Of a DNA stretch of 48,822 bases, positions 35,338 to 43,717 are shown piece after piece. The position numbers and the translations under genes are program-made. Under the pieces are notes generated by a model. The model worked only from the letters and a program-made list of their open reading frames with translations, did not search any database and was not told where the DNA came from. Source of the DNA: Dehalococcoidia bacterium (GTDB taxonomy: Bacteria > Chloroflexota > Dehalococcoidia > DATDQG01); NCBI GenBank assembly GCA_035292365.1, contig DATDQG010000028.1, positions 1 to 48,822 on the forward strand. The letters run 5' to 3'. The stretch's first letter is position 1. Each line of letters begins with the position of its first letter.

Positions 35338-35781
35338 TTAGTCCTCTGGAAATGCCCCGTGTCCCTCTGTACGTTGGCTCTCGATGTCACGTAACCTCCT
35401 ACTGGAGATATCTAGCTCAAGCGAGCCGCGAACATTCGCATTTCTCCATGCCTTTTTGACCTTCCGTGGGAGCTGCGGAAGCATATAGAGCAGACTCAGC
35501 AGAGCGAATATCCAATAAACAATGTTTTCTGCTGAAGTATATCCAAAGGACAGTTTCTCAGATAGCAAATAGTAGCCAAGCCCTAGGAGAACGGGGAAGA
35601 CGATAGCCTGTACCGCGTACACGCCCAGGCCAAGAAAGACCCATTTTCGGGGAACCTTGGCGCGTGCTAGCCCGATTACGCTGGAGACGACGTTGATAAC
35701 GGCCAACCAAGCCTGTAAGAAGAGCTGCGTTGACATTGCGCCCCACAGAGGCGCAACGACCAGGATGCCTATCAGCGACAT
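35338..35781 (-). CDS. Small four-helix membrane protein, unknown function (low GC)
   Basis: The 147-aa protein has four hydrophobic helices and a charged C-terminal tail. GC is clearly below the window average. It lies 14 nt downstream of the preceding small ORF. Confidence 0.5.
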   Translation of the reverse strand: MSLIGILVVAPLWGAMSTQLFLQAWLAVINVVSSVIGLARAKVPRKWVFLGLGVYAVQAIVFPVLLGLGYYLLSEKLSFGYTSAENIVYWIFALLSLLYMLPQLPRKVKKAWRNANVRGSLELDISSRRLRDIESQRTEGHGAFPED

Positions 35782-35795
35782 TCGTGACTCGCTGG

Positions 35796-36107
35796 CTACA
35801 GGCTCACCGAAAACACGTTACCGCCTTTGCTCTCCATCCTTGCTGTCGGAGGGTGGCCCGAAGGCCAGGGCGCTTTACCATTCTGGATCAACCACTTGCC
35901 AAGCGCCATACCCCTTAGTTCAGGGCACTTAGTCCAAAACCCGGGGCTTATGGTCACCTCAATGGCCTCGCTTTGGCCCTGAAGTTCCAAGATCACTTTG
36001 CTCCAGGACCTCTTGAAGTAGCTGTCCCTGTGTCGCGCAGACACTCGAAGGCCGTATCCCGCTCCGTTGTGAGTCGAGTTTCCGTTGCTCCATGCTGTGA
36101 CCAACAT
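35796..36107 (-). CDS. Small soluble hypothetical protein (103 aa, low GC)
   Basis: ATG at 36107 follows GGAGG with a 6-nt spacer. I cannot assign a family. Confidence 0.5.
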   Translation of the reverse strand: MLVTAWSNGNSTHNGAGYGLRVSARHRDSYFKRSWSKVILELQGQSEAIEVTISPGFWTKCPELRGMALGKWLIQNGKAPWPSGHPPTARMESKGGNVFSVSL

Positions 36108-36150
36108 TATTAGCCTCCGGCATTCAACCCGATACGGAATGCTCCCACGG

Positions 36151-36732
36151 TCATCGGCGTATGCGGTGGCGCTCGGCGATGATGATGGCCGCGAGGGCGT
36201 CGGTGGCCTGGCGGAGGCCGCCTTTGGGGTTCACGATGAGGTAGTCGAACCAAGAGGATTGGGCCAGCTCGTGGCCCGCGGTGGCCAGCCGCCGCGCCAG
36301 CGCTGCTCGGTCGTCGGCGCCGCGGGTGCGCATCCGCTCCTCCAGCTCGTGAGCGTCGGCCGCGAGGAACACCAGGACGGCGTCCGGAAAGAGGGCACGC
36401 ACGCTGGCGGCGCCCTGTACGTCGATCTTGGCGATGACGGTAGCGCCCCGCTCGAGATAAGGCGTCACCTCTTCTTTGGGCACGCCGTAGAGATGGCCGT
36501 AGACCTCGGCGTGCTCGAGGAACCACCCGTCGTCCCGGCGGCGCAGGAACTCCTGGCGACTGAGGAAGTGGTAGGGCACCCCCTCACGCTCACCGCGCCG
36601 TCGCGGACGCGTCGTGGCGGTGATGGCGATGTGGAGGGGCCAGGGGAAACGACGACGACGCAGGTGCGCCAACAGGGTGTCCTTGCCCGCGCCCGACGGC
36701 GCAGATAGGACGACCAGCAGTCCGTGACTCAC
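36151..36732 (-). CDS. gmk: Guanylate kinase
   Basis: GTG at 36732 lies just after the aroA stop. The P-loop SAPSGAGKDTL is present with a GMP-kinase body (..TTRPRRRGEREGVPYHF..) in 193 aa. The long N-terminal extension in the ORF track overlaps aroA and is rejected. Confidence 0.9.
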   Translation of the reverse strand: MSHGLLVVLSAPSGAGKDTLLAHLRRRRFPWPLHIAITATTRPRRRGEREGVPYHFLSRQEFLRRRDDGWFLEHAEVYGHLYGVPKEEVTPYLERGATVIAKIDVQGAASVRALFPDAVLVFLAADAHELEERMRTRGADDRAALARRLATAGHELAQSSWFDYLIVNPKGGLRQATDALAAIIIAERHRIRR

Positions 36733-36736
36733 AGCT

Positions 36737-38050
36737 CTACGCGCCGGTGAAGTGGTGGATGTCCTCCCAGAACCGGGGGTACGAGACGGCGACGGCCTCC
36801 GCGTCCTGCACCACCGTCTCGCCTTCGGCGAGGAGGCCAGCGACAGCGAGGGCCATGGCCAGCCGGTGGTCACCTTGGCTGGCGACCGTCGCGCCATGCA
36901 GGGAGCGCCGTCCACGGATGACCATGCCGTCGGGCAGCTCGTCGATGTCCGCGCCGAAGCGCCGTAGGGCGGCCGTGGTGGTGGCGATGCGATCCGATTC
37001 CTTGACGCGCAGCTCGGCGGCGTCGCGGATCACCGTCGTGCCGCGCGCCAGGGCCGCCGCCACGGCAAGGACAGGCGCCTCGTCGATGAGGCGGGGGATC
37101 ATATCGCCGGCTACCTCGGTGCCCTCCAGCGATGAGGACTCGGCCCACAGGTCGGCGACAGGCTCGCCGCCCTCCCAGCGCTCGTTCTCGACGCGGATGT
37201 TGGCGCCCATTGCGCGCAGCGTGTCGAGGAGGCCGGTCCGCGTCGGGTTGATACCGACGCCGCGGAGCCGAATGGAGGCGTTGGGATGCAGCACGGCGGC
37301 CACCAACCAATAGGCGGCGGCGCTGAAATCGCCGGGGATGCGGAGGTCAACGGCACGGAGGGTGCTGGGGCCGACCCAGGCGCGGTGGCCATCGTGGCCG
37401 CAGGCGGCTCCCATGGCGGCGAGTAGGCGCTCGGTGTGGTCGCGGCTGTCCGCCGGCTCGTCGACCATCGTCGTGCCCTTGGCGTAGAGGCCGGCCAGCA
37501 GAAGCGAGGATTTCACCTGGGCGCTGGCAACGGGAGTCCGGTAGTCGATGGCCCGTAGGCTGCCGCCCTCGATGCCCAGCGGCGCACGCGAGCCGCCGTC
37601 GCGCCCCGTGATGCGGGCGCCCATTTCGCGCAGCGGCACCGTCACACGGTCCATCGGACGGCCGCGGAGGGAGGCGTCGCCGGTGAGGATGGAGAAGAAC
37701 GGCTGTCCCGCCAGGATGCCCAGGAGGAGCCGCATAGTGGTGCCGCTGTTTTGGGCGTCCAGGATGTCCTCCGGCTCGCGCAGGCCGTGCAGGCCAACGC
37801 CGTGCACCGTGAGGTCGAGAGCTCCCTCGGCCGCGGCCGCTTCGGCGCTTGGTCGCTGTTCGATGCCGACGCCGAGGTCACGGAGACAGGCCAATGTAGC
37901 ACCGCAGTCGGCGCCATCCGGGTAGTTGACCACGCGTGCAGTCCCATCGGCGATGGCATTGAAGAGGGCGGCGCGATGGGAGATCGACTTGTCGCCGGGC
38001 ACTACAAGGGTACCCAGGAGCTTGCTGGGACGACGGACCCGCCGCTCCAT
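36737..38050 (-). CDS. aroA: 3-phosphoshikimate 1-carboxyvinyltransferase (EPSP synthase)
   Basis: The sequence from ATG 38050 (MERRVRRPSKLLGTLVVPGDKSISHRAALFNAIADG..) is 437 aa. The ATG shares one base with the TGA of tyrA. Confidence 0.93.
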   Translation of the reverse strand: MERRVRRPSKLLGTLVVPGDKSISHRAALFNAIADGTARVVNYPDGADCGATLACLRDLGVGIEQRPSAEAAAAEGALDLTVHGVGLHGLREPEDILDAQNSGTTMRLLLGILAGQPFFSILTGDASLRGRPMDRVTVPLREMGARITGRDGGSRAPLGIEGGSLRAIDYRTPVASAQVKSSLLLAGLYAKGTTMVDEPADSRDHTERLLAAMGAACGHDGHRAWVGPSTLRAVDLRIPGDFSAAAYWLVAAVLHPNASIRLRGVGINPTRTGLLDTLRAMGANIRVENERWEGGEPVADLWAESSSLEGTEVAGDMIPRLIDEAPVLAVAAALARGTTVIRDAAELRVKESDRIATTTAALRRFGADIDELPDGMVIRGRRSLHGATVASQGDHRLAMALAVAGLLAEGETVVQDAEAVAVSYPRFWEDIHHFTGA

Positions 38051-39063
38051 CAGCTCTTCTCTTCCCGGCGGCGGCGCTGCTGTTCCTCGATGCGCTTCGC
38101 GACTTCGTCGGTCTGCCCGAGAAGCCGCCGACCGACGCTGCCGAGGAAGAAGTCGCCCACGACGTCGTTGAGGGTGGGCAGTTGCTGATTCTCTGCCCCA
38201 GGCTCGAACTCGCCCCTGAGCCACTTGTCGCGTGTCACCTTGGCCTGGGTGAAGGCGGTGTCCAAGGCCTCGCCGCCTTCGCGAATCATCTCCTTGTAGC
38301 GCGTCAATGAGCCGATCATCTCATCAAGCCAGTAAACGATGGCCTCCTGGTTGGTGAGGCAGATATCGCGGGCCATCTCGGGATCGCCGGAGGCAAGGCG
38401 ACTCACGTCGCGAAAGCCTGATGAGGCGAGCTTGCCCATCTCTCGCCACGAAGGGGTATCGCTGACGATGTTGACCAGGGCGGCAGAGACCACAAGAGGC
38501 AAATGGCTGACGGCAGCCACGAGGCCGTCGTGCTCTTGGGGGTCGAGGAAGTATGGCACGGCGCCCACGCTTTGGGCGAGATCGGCGACGACCCTGACCG
38601 ACTCCCTCGGCGTGCGGCGGCCCGGCACGATGCAGTAGTAGGCACCCTCGAACAGGTCCGCCTCGGCGCCGTCGGGGCCAGGCGTCTCCTTGCCGGCCAT
38701 GGGATGGCCGCCAACGAAATGGACGTTGGACGGCAATATCTCCTCGGCCCAGCGGACCACGTCGCTCTTCGTGCTCGCGGTGTCGGTGATGATAGTCCCC
38801 TCATTGACGAGGGGGCCGGCGACAGCGAGGACCTCTCGGACGGACTGCACCGGCACGGCGATGATGACGAGGTTAGCACCCTCCACCGCGTCGGGGATGC
38901 TCCAGGCCATCCGGTCGATGGCGCCGAGCTTGCGGGCCTTGCTGGCGTTCGTCGGCTCGCGGTCGTGGCCGAGGATCTCCACGTTGCGCACCTTGGCCCG
39001 ACGCAGGGCGAGGCCCAGGGAGGTGCCGATCAGGCCGGTCCCGATGATGGCGATTCTGTCCAT
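38050..39063 (-). CDS. tyrA: Prephenate (arogenate) dehydrogenase
   Basis: ATG at 39063 follows GGAGGAG. The Rossmann motif IAIIGTGLIGTSLGLAL and the PDH body (..HFVGGHPMAG..) are present. The 171-codon upstream extension overlaps the HD gene and is rejected. Confidence 0.88.
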   Translation of the reverse strand: MDRIAIIGTGLIGTSLGLALRRAKVRNVEILGHDREPTNASKARKLGAIDRMAWSIPDAVEGANLVIIAVPVQSVREVLAVAGPLVNEGTIITDTASTKSDVVRWAEEILPSNVHFVGGHPMAGKETPGPDGAEADLFEGAYYCIVPGRRTPRESVRVVADLAQSVGAVPYFLDPQEHDGLVAAVSHLPLVVSAALVNIVSDTPSWREMGKLASSGFRDVSRLASGDPEMARDICLTNQEAIVYWLDEMIGSLTRYKEMIREGGEALDTAFTQAKVTRDKWLRGEFEPGAENQQLPTLNDVVGDFFLGSVGRRLLGQTDEVAKRIEEQQRRRREEKS

Positions 39064-39076
39064 GGCTCCTCCGAGG

Positions 39077-39616
39077 CTAAGAGGCGTCGTCGGCGGCGCG
39101 CAGCAGCGCCAGCCGTGCGTCGCTGGGTGACGCGGCGAAGGGACGTTCGTGGTCGCGAATAAGGGCGACGACCGCGGGTGAAGCGCCGGCCTGCGCCGCC
39201 ATCGCCGCGCCGAGCTCGTCATGATGAAGCGTGCGATACAAGGCCCGGCGCCAGGGCCCCGGTCGTTCGGCGGCCCACCAGGATAGAAGCCCAGGCGCCA
39301 AGCGCGAAAGGAGCACAAACGCGACCCGGTGGCCGACATGGATGCGTCCCTTGCCCAGGTCGTGGAGCAGCGCGGCAATAAGGACATCGTCGTCGCGGCA
39401 CCCCTGGCGCTGGAGCGTCCTGCAGACGTCCATGCTGTGGCGCTGGCCCATGACGGGTATCTGGCGGAACAGGGCCAGCAGCGGCGGGGCCAGCAAGGCT
39501 TCGGCCGTTTGCCACTCATCGTCGCTGAGGCGCGCCCGGAAGACGTTGGCGAACTGGCGGACACGGTACCGTACACGCGACGCCGCGTTCGCGCCCTGCG
39601 AGCGTGTCGCGTTCAT
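39077..39616 (-). CDS. HD-domain (metal-dependent phosphohydrolase-like) protein
   Basis: The sequence from ATG 39616 contains H...HDLGK (..GQRHSMDV..AALLHDLGKG..). The start overlaps the M50 stop as ATGA. Confidence 0.7.
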   Translation of the reverse strand: MNATRSQGANAASRVRYRVRQFANVFRARLSDDEWQTAEALLAPPLLALFRQIPVMGQRHSMDVCRTLQRQGCRDDDVLIAALLHDLGKGRIHVGHRVAFVLLSRLAPGLLSWWAAERPGPWRRALYRTLHHDELGAAMAAQAGASPAVVALIRDHERPFAASPSDARLALLRAADDAS

Positions 39617-40338
39617 AGGGGCTTCCCCACCAGAAGCATCGTCGCGGTGTTGGCCACGGGCAGCAGGAAGCGCGCCAGGATGCCGAAACGGAAGAAGTAG
39701 TCTAGCATCACGGCCGCCATCAGCAGCCCCATGCCCATGGGCTGCAACCGGGCCAGCGACCCGGCCAGGTTGGCGGGCACCACGCCCAGGGCGAGGTTGA
39801 AGCCGTCGAGCGGTGCGAGCGGGATGAGATTGAAGACGCCGAGGAAGACGTTGTACAGGATGAGCCAGCCAAGAATATCGGCAACGATCAGCGCAGGGTC
39901 GCGCTGCAGAAAGGCCGTGCTGTAGCGGAGAGGGGAGTGCCAGTGCAGCAGGCCGAGGCGGATCGGCAGGGCCAGCAGCGTTGCCGTCAGGAGATTGGAC
40001 AACGGCCCGGCCGCGGCGACCAAGGCCATGCCGGCGCGAGGGCTGAGCCAGCGCTGGAAGTAGCGTGGGTCCACCCGTACAGGGCGGCCCCACCCGAAGC
40101 CCGCCACCATGAGGAGCAGCGTGCCCATTGGGTCGAGGTGGCGGAGCGGATTGAGGGAGAGCCGCCCCTGTCGGCGGGGTGTGTCGTCCCCAAGGCCCGT
40201 GGCGACGGCGGCATGGCTGAACTCGTGAACCGTGAGAGCAACGACCAAGCCCAGGCCGATCGTCGCCAGGAAGGTGAGGAGCACCACTGGAAAGCGGGCC
40301 GGGTTGGTCATCAGTTCGTCGAGGAGCTGGAAGAGCAT
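39613..40338 (-). CDS. Site-2 protease (peptidase M50) family membrane metalloprotease
   Basis: A HExxH motif within a TM helix (VHEFSHAAVA) is accompanied by multiple TM helices and a downstream LDG motif (NLIPLAPLDG). Confidence 0.8.
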   Translation of the reverse strand: MLFQLLDELMTNPARFPVVLLTFLATIGLGLVVALTVHEFSHAAVATGLGDDTPRRQGRLSLNPLRHLDPMGTLLLMVAGFGWGRPVRVDPRYFQRWLSPRAGMALVAAAGPLSNLLTATLLALPIRLGLLHWHSPLRYSTAFLQRDPALIVADILGWLILYNVFLGVFNLIPLAPLDGFNLALGVVPANLAGSLARLQPMGMGLLMAAVMLDYFFRFGILARFLLPVANTATMLLVGKPL

Positions 40339-40420
40339 TAGAGCCTTTCGTTGGCGCGCTAGTCAGATGGAATCGGCCAGGTCATACCTAACAAAGCATA
40401 ACATAGCGGGCGCTCCAGAG

Positions 40421-41023
40421 TCAGAATGAGCCCACGATCAGGGCGCCGATGCCCACGCTCAGGGCAGTGGCCAGTATCGCCAGGAACAGGAAGGTCAACG
40501 GCATGGCCAGGACGATGAAGGCGAACTCGGTGATCATACCCTGGCTTTCGCGGACGGCGAAGGCCCACAGGACCAGCGTCCAGAGGATAAGGCCGGCGCC
40601 GATCAGCGGCACCAGGGCCGCGCCAAAGCCGCCGAGGGGCGTCAGAAGCAGGGCCGGTGCGATGAACAGGGCCATGGGAAGGGCGCCGAAGGACATGCCG
40701 ACGTAGAGCGAGCGCCAGTCGCCGTGGCTATCGAGGACGCGGGCGGAGAAGCGGTAGGCGCCGGCCAAGGCCGCCAGCACCACTGGCCAGCTTGCCATAC
40801 CCACAAGGGTGACCAGCGAGGCCGCCTGCCACGGCCGGCCCCCCGCGAACAACGACACGCCGATGCCAAGCCAGAACCCGGCGCCGGAGGCCGCCAGCGC
40901 CACCAGAGCACGCCGCCACGGCCGCTCCTCCACGATCATCTGCATCGTGAAGCCGGGCCTCTGTAGGAGGCCTTCGAGGAGCCGCCGCCAGCTCAGGCGT
41001 CGGTAGAGGGAGGGAAAGCGCAT
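40421..41023 (-). CDS. Polytopic membrane protein (possibly Yip1-like)
   Basis: The 200-aa protein has about 5 hydrophobic helices after a basic N-terminus. The family assignment is tentative. Confidence 0.5.
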   Translation of the reverse strand: MRFPSLYRRLSWRRLLEGLLQRPGFTMQMIVEERPWRRALVALAASGAGFWLGIGVSLFAGGRPWQAASLVTLVGMASWPVVLAALAGAYRFSARVLDSHGDWRSLYVGMSFGALPMALFIAPALLLTPLGGFGAALVPLIGAGLILWTLVLWAFAVRESQGMITEFAFIVLAMPLTFLFLAILATALSVGIGALIVGSF

Positions 41024-41196
41024 GAAAGATATGCTCCGTCCTTTCCATTATAGGGGATGCCTCGGCACCTTGACCCGCCTGCAAGGCACTGCTACCCTCC
41101 TCGGTAGCCTTGTGAAGCGTCGCACAAAGGGAGGCCCCGCTGCCGGTCGCGGTCGAACAGCTCCTCCTTGACCTTGTCAGCGACATCTACAACGCG

Positions 41197-41772
41197 ATGG
41201 GCTGGCCGGGTGTGGTGGTGCTCATGGCCATCGAGAGCGCCTGCATCCCCTTCCCGAGCGAGATCATCATGCCTCTGGCCGGCTGGATGCTCGTCAGGGC
41301 CAACGGCGGCGGCCTTGAAGGCGTACTCCTGATGGGCCTGTGGGGGGCGGTGGGCAATGGCCTGGGTTCGGCGGTTGCCTATGGGGTGGGAGCCTGGGGG
41401 GGACGGCCTTTCCTGGACCGCTACGGCCGCTATCTCTTCATCTCGCATCATGACATTGCCACGGCCGACCGTTGGTTCGCGCGCTACGGCAACTGGGCGG
41501 TGTTCGGGTCACGTCTGCTGCCGGTGGTGCGGACCTTCATCAGCCTACCGGCGGGCATCGCGCGCATGCCGTTCCTACTGTTCCTAGGGCTCTCTTTCCT
41601 GGGCTCGTATCCGTGGTCCGTGGCGCTGGCCTACGGGGGCTACCTCTTGGGGGAACACTGGGAGGAACTCCGCTCTCTCATGCGGCCCTTCGACTATCCC
41701 ATCATCGCCGTCATCTTGTTGCTGACGGGCTGGTACGTCTACCGGCACATCCGCCGCTTCAACGCCGCGTAG
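41197..41772 (+). CDS. DedA/SNARE-associated family membrane protein
   Basis: The pattern ..GVVVLMAIESACIPFPSEIIMPLAGWM..RYGNWAVFGSRLLPVVRTFISLPAGIARMPF.. is the DedA signature. The frame is open upstream to 41116, so a non-ATG start after GGAGG (41129-41133) is possible. Confidence 0.85.
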   Translation: MGWPGVVVLMAIESACIPFPSEIIMPLAGWMLVRANGGGLEGVLLMGLWGAVGNGLGSAVAYGVGAWGGRPFLDRYGRYLFISHHDIATADRWFARYGNWAVFGSRLLPVVRTFISLPAGIARMPFLLFLGLSFLGSYPWSVALAYGGYLLGEHWEELRSLMRPFDYPIIAVILLLTGWYVYRHIRRFNAA

Positions 41773-41836
41773 GAGCCGTGTCCGCCGGTGGATGGATGCG
41801 CTATCCTTGCTGAAGACCGGCCGATGGAGGAGAGAG

Positions 41837-42343
41837 ATGATTGCCGCCCAAGCGACGCTACCGAACCTGGTGCAGCGCACGCGCTCGAACCACTCTTTGG
41901 AGCATGCCACAGTGGCTCTCCTGTTGCAGCATATGGGGCCGCAGTTGCGAGTCCTGGGCCGTTCGACGCCCTACGGCTTCTACCTGTACGGCGACCTGCC
42001 GACCCATCTCGTGCAGCAGTTTGCCCACGAGGCGCTGGCGCGGCTGAAAGGGGGCGAGTCGGAGCTGGCCATCTCGCCGTTCTGCGGCACGAACTACGCG
42101 ACGGCCGGCGTGCTCGCGGGCCTCGGCGCGCTCCTAGCGGTGGGCGACCGCAATCGCTGGGAACGGCTTCCACGCGTGTTGCTCGCCGCCATCGTCGGCA
42201 CCCTGGTGGGCTTCTCGCTGGGGCGCGAAGTGCAACGTCATGTCACGACCTCTCCACACGTTGCCGCGCTCCACATCGCGCGCGCCGACTGCGTGAGCGA
42301 GGCGCCGCGCACGCACTACGTGGGAACAACCTGGGCCGCCTGA
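41837..42343 (+). CDS. Hypothetical protein with HxxEH and CGTN motifs and two C-terminal hydrophobic helices
   Basis: ATG at 41837 follows GGAGGAG, so I prefer it to ATG 41792. Motifs are NHSLEHATV and SPFCGTNYA. No family was confidently recalled. Confidence 0.5.
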   Translation: MIAAQATLPNLVQRTRSNHSLEHATVALLLQHMGPQLRVLGRSTPYGFYLYGDLPTHLVQQFAHEALARLKGGESELAISPFCGTNYATAGVLAGLGALLAVGDRNRWERLPRVLLAAIVGTLVGFSLGREVQRHVTTSPHVAALHIARADCVSEAPRTHYVGTTWAA

Positions 42344-42364
42344 GCCCGCCCATTCGCGAACGTC

Positions 42365-42970
42365 TTAGGCGCGGTGAATCGCCGGCGCGAGCCGCGCGAT
42401 GGCCAGCCCTCCTGAGATAAGCATGGAGAGCATCGCCAGGGTGATCCCCCAATCGAGCACGTTCAAGCCGAGGCCGAGGTAGGCCAAGATGGTGGGATAG
42501 AACAGGAACAGGGTCTTTACCGCCGCGGGCACCGGCTGTCCGGCCCGGTTACAGAGCAACAAGACCAGGTTGAACGCCGGGTACACGAAGGCATAGAGCA
42601 CCGCCAGGCCGGCGTGCAGGACGCCAGCGCTGGCCAAAGCCGCCACCACGAGAGTCTCGCGGGCGTGGTCGCAGAGCTGGTCCACGAAGGCTCCGAACGC
42701 GCTGCTCCGCCCTTGCGAGCGTGCGAAGGCGCCGTCGAGCGTGTCCATGAGCAGGGCGCCGACGAAGGCGGCCAGCGCCAGACGCGGCGCCGGCAGCACC
42801 CAGTACCAGAACAGCGCGCCGAACCCGAGTTGGCTCACGGACACGGCGTGGGGTGAGACGTGCAACCGTCCCAGCGCTACGATAACCGGCGCCCAGGCGA
42901 TGGCCGCGCCGCGGCGAACGACCGGCAAAAGGCGGCGTTCGAGGGTCGAGTACGAGTCGTTGTAACGCAT
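42365..42970 (-). CDS. CDP-alcohol phosphatidyltransferase family protein
   Basis: The signature D-x2-D-G-x2-A-R-x8-G-x3-D-x3-D is present (DTLDGAFARSQGRSSAFGAFVDQLCD). The protein is multi-pass membrane, and ATG 42970 is the chosen start. Confidence 0.85.
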   Translation of the reverse strand: MRYNDSYSTLERRLLPVVRRGAAIAWAPVIVALGRLHVSPHAVSVSQLGFGALFWYWVLPAPRLALAAFVGALLMDTLDGAFARSQGRSSAFGAFVDQLCDHARETLVVAALASAGVLHAGLAVLYAFVYPAFNLVLLLCNRAGQPVPAAVKTLFLFYPTILAYLGLGLNVLDWGITLAMLSMLISGGLAIARLAPAIHRA

Positions 42971-43137
42971 GGGCGCTGTCACCACTGAGCATAAGGCCTC
43001 TGCTGCTGCATCGCCAGCGCGCTTCCCGGGGCTAAGGAAAGCGCGAGTGACGGGCGTTCGCCGAGGGGGCGTCGTTGCTTGCCAGTGTATGGAGGCGCTG
43101 CTATACTCCGTCGGACTATCAGGCTGGGAGGTGGTCT

Positions 43138-43356
43138 GTGGATACACTGAGCATCGCGTTTCCCCGCTGTCAGAAGTGTAAGGTAGGCGACCTGGTGCCC
43201 TTCTCCGATTTCGGCAGTCAAGGCGCGGCGATTCAGTTCAAAGCCTGGGCATGCACGAACCCGGACTGCGGCTTCAACATCAAGATCCGCAACGGCGATC
43301 TGTATCTCAACGAACCCATCAACCCCGGGGTTGCGCACGTCCCACGCATGCGTTGA
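43138..43356 (+). CDS. Small zinc-ribbon protein (72 aa)
   Basis: GTG at 43138 follows GGGAGGTGG. Two Cys pairs are present: CQKC and CTNPDC. Confidence 0.5.
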   Translation: MDTLSIAFPRCQKCKVGDLVPFSDFGSQGAAIQFKAWACTNPDCGFNIKIRNGDLYLNEPINPGVAHVPRMR

Positions 43357-43680
43357 ATGACTGCGGACGAGCTGTTCGAGACGGTCGTCGCGTCGCTGAT
43401 TACCCAGCCGGCGGTCACGACAGCGAAAATGTTTGGCTCGCCTGGCCTCAGAGTGGGAAAGAAGGTCTTCGCTTGCCTCGTCAAGGGCAAGCTCGTGGTC
43501 AAGCTCTCGCAAGAGCGCGTGGGCGCGCTCGTCGCCGCCGGCGAGGCGGAGCGGTTCGACCCCGGCATGGGACGCCTGATGAAGGAATGGGCCGCCATCG
43601 CTCCCCGTTCGACGGACGCTTGGCTCGGCCTCGCGCAAGAGTCCAGGGAGTTCGTCGCGGGCATCGCCGCCCGCGTCTGA
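43357..43680 (+). CDS. TfoX N-terminal-domain-like protein
   Basis: The ATG directly abuts the preceding TGA. The pattern ..KMFGSPGLRVGKKVFACLVKGKLVVKL.. resembles the TfoX_N domain. Confidence 0.55.
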   Translation: MTADELFETVVASLITQPAVTTAKMFGSPGLRVGKKVFACLVKGKLVVKLSQERVGALVAAGEAERFDPGMGRLMKEWAAIAPRSTDAWLGLAQESREFVAGIAARV

Positions 43681-43717
43681 CCCTCGTAGTGGACGCCGAG
43701 CCCCACAGTCTGAGGCG

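Noticed and set aside
38050-40093. N-terminal extensions of tyrA (to 39576) and of the HD protein (to 40093) given by the ORF track
   Set aside because: The extensions overlap the upstream genes in other frames, are Pro/Arg/Ala-rich, and lack RBSs. Internal ATGs with GGAGGAG (39063) or ATGA coupling (39616) give proteins of normal length.
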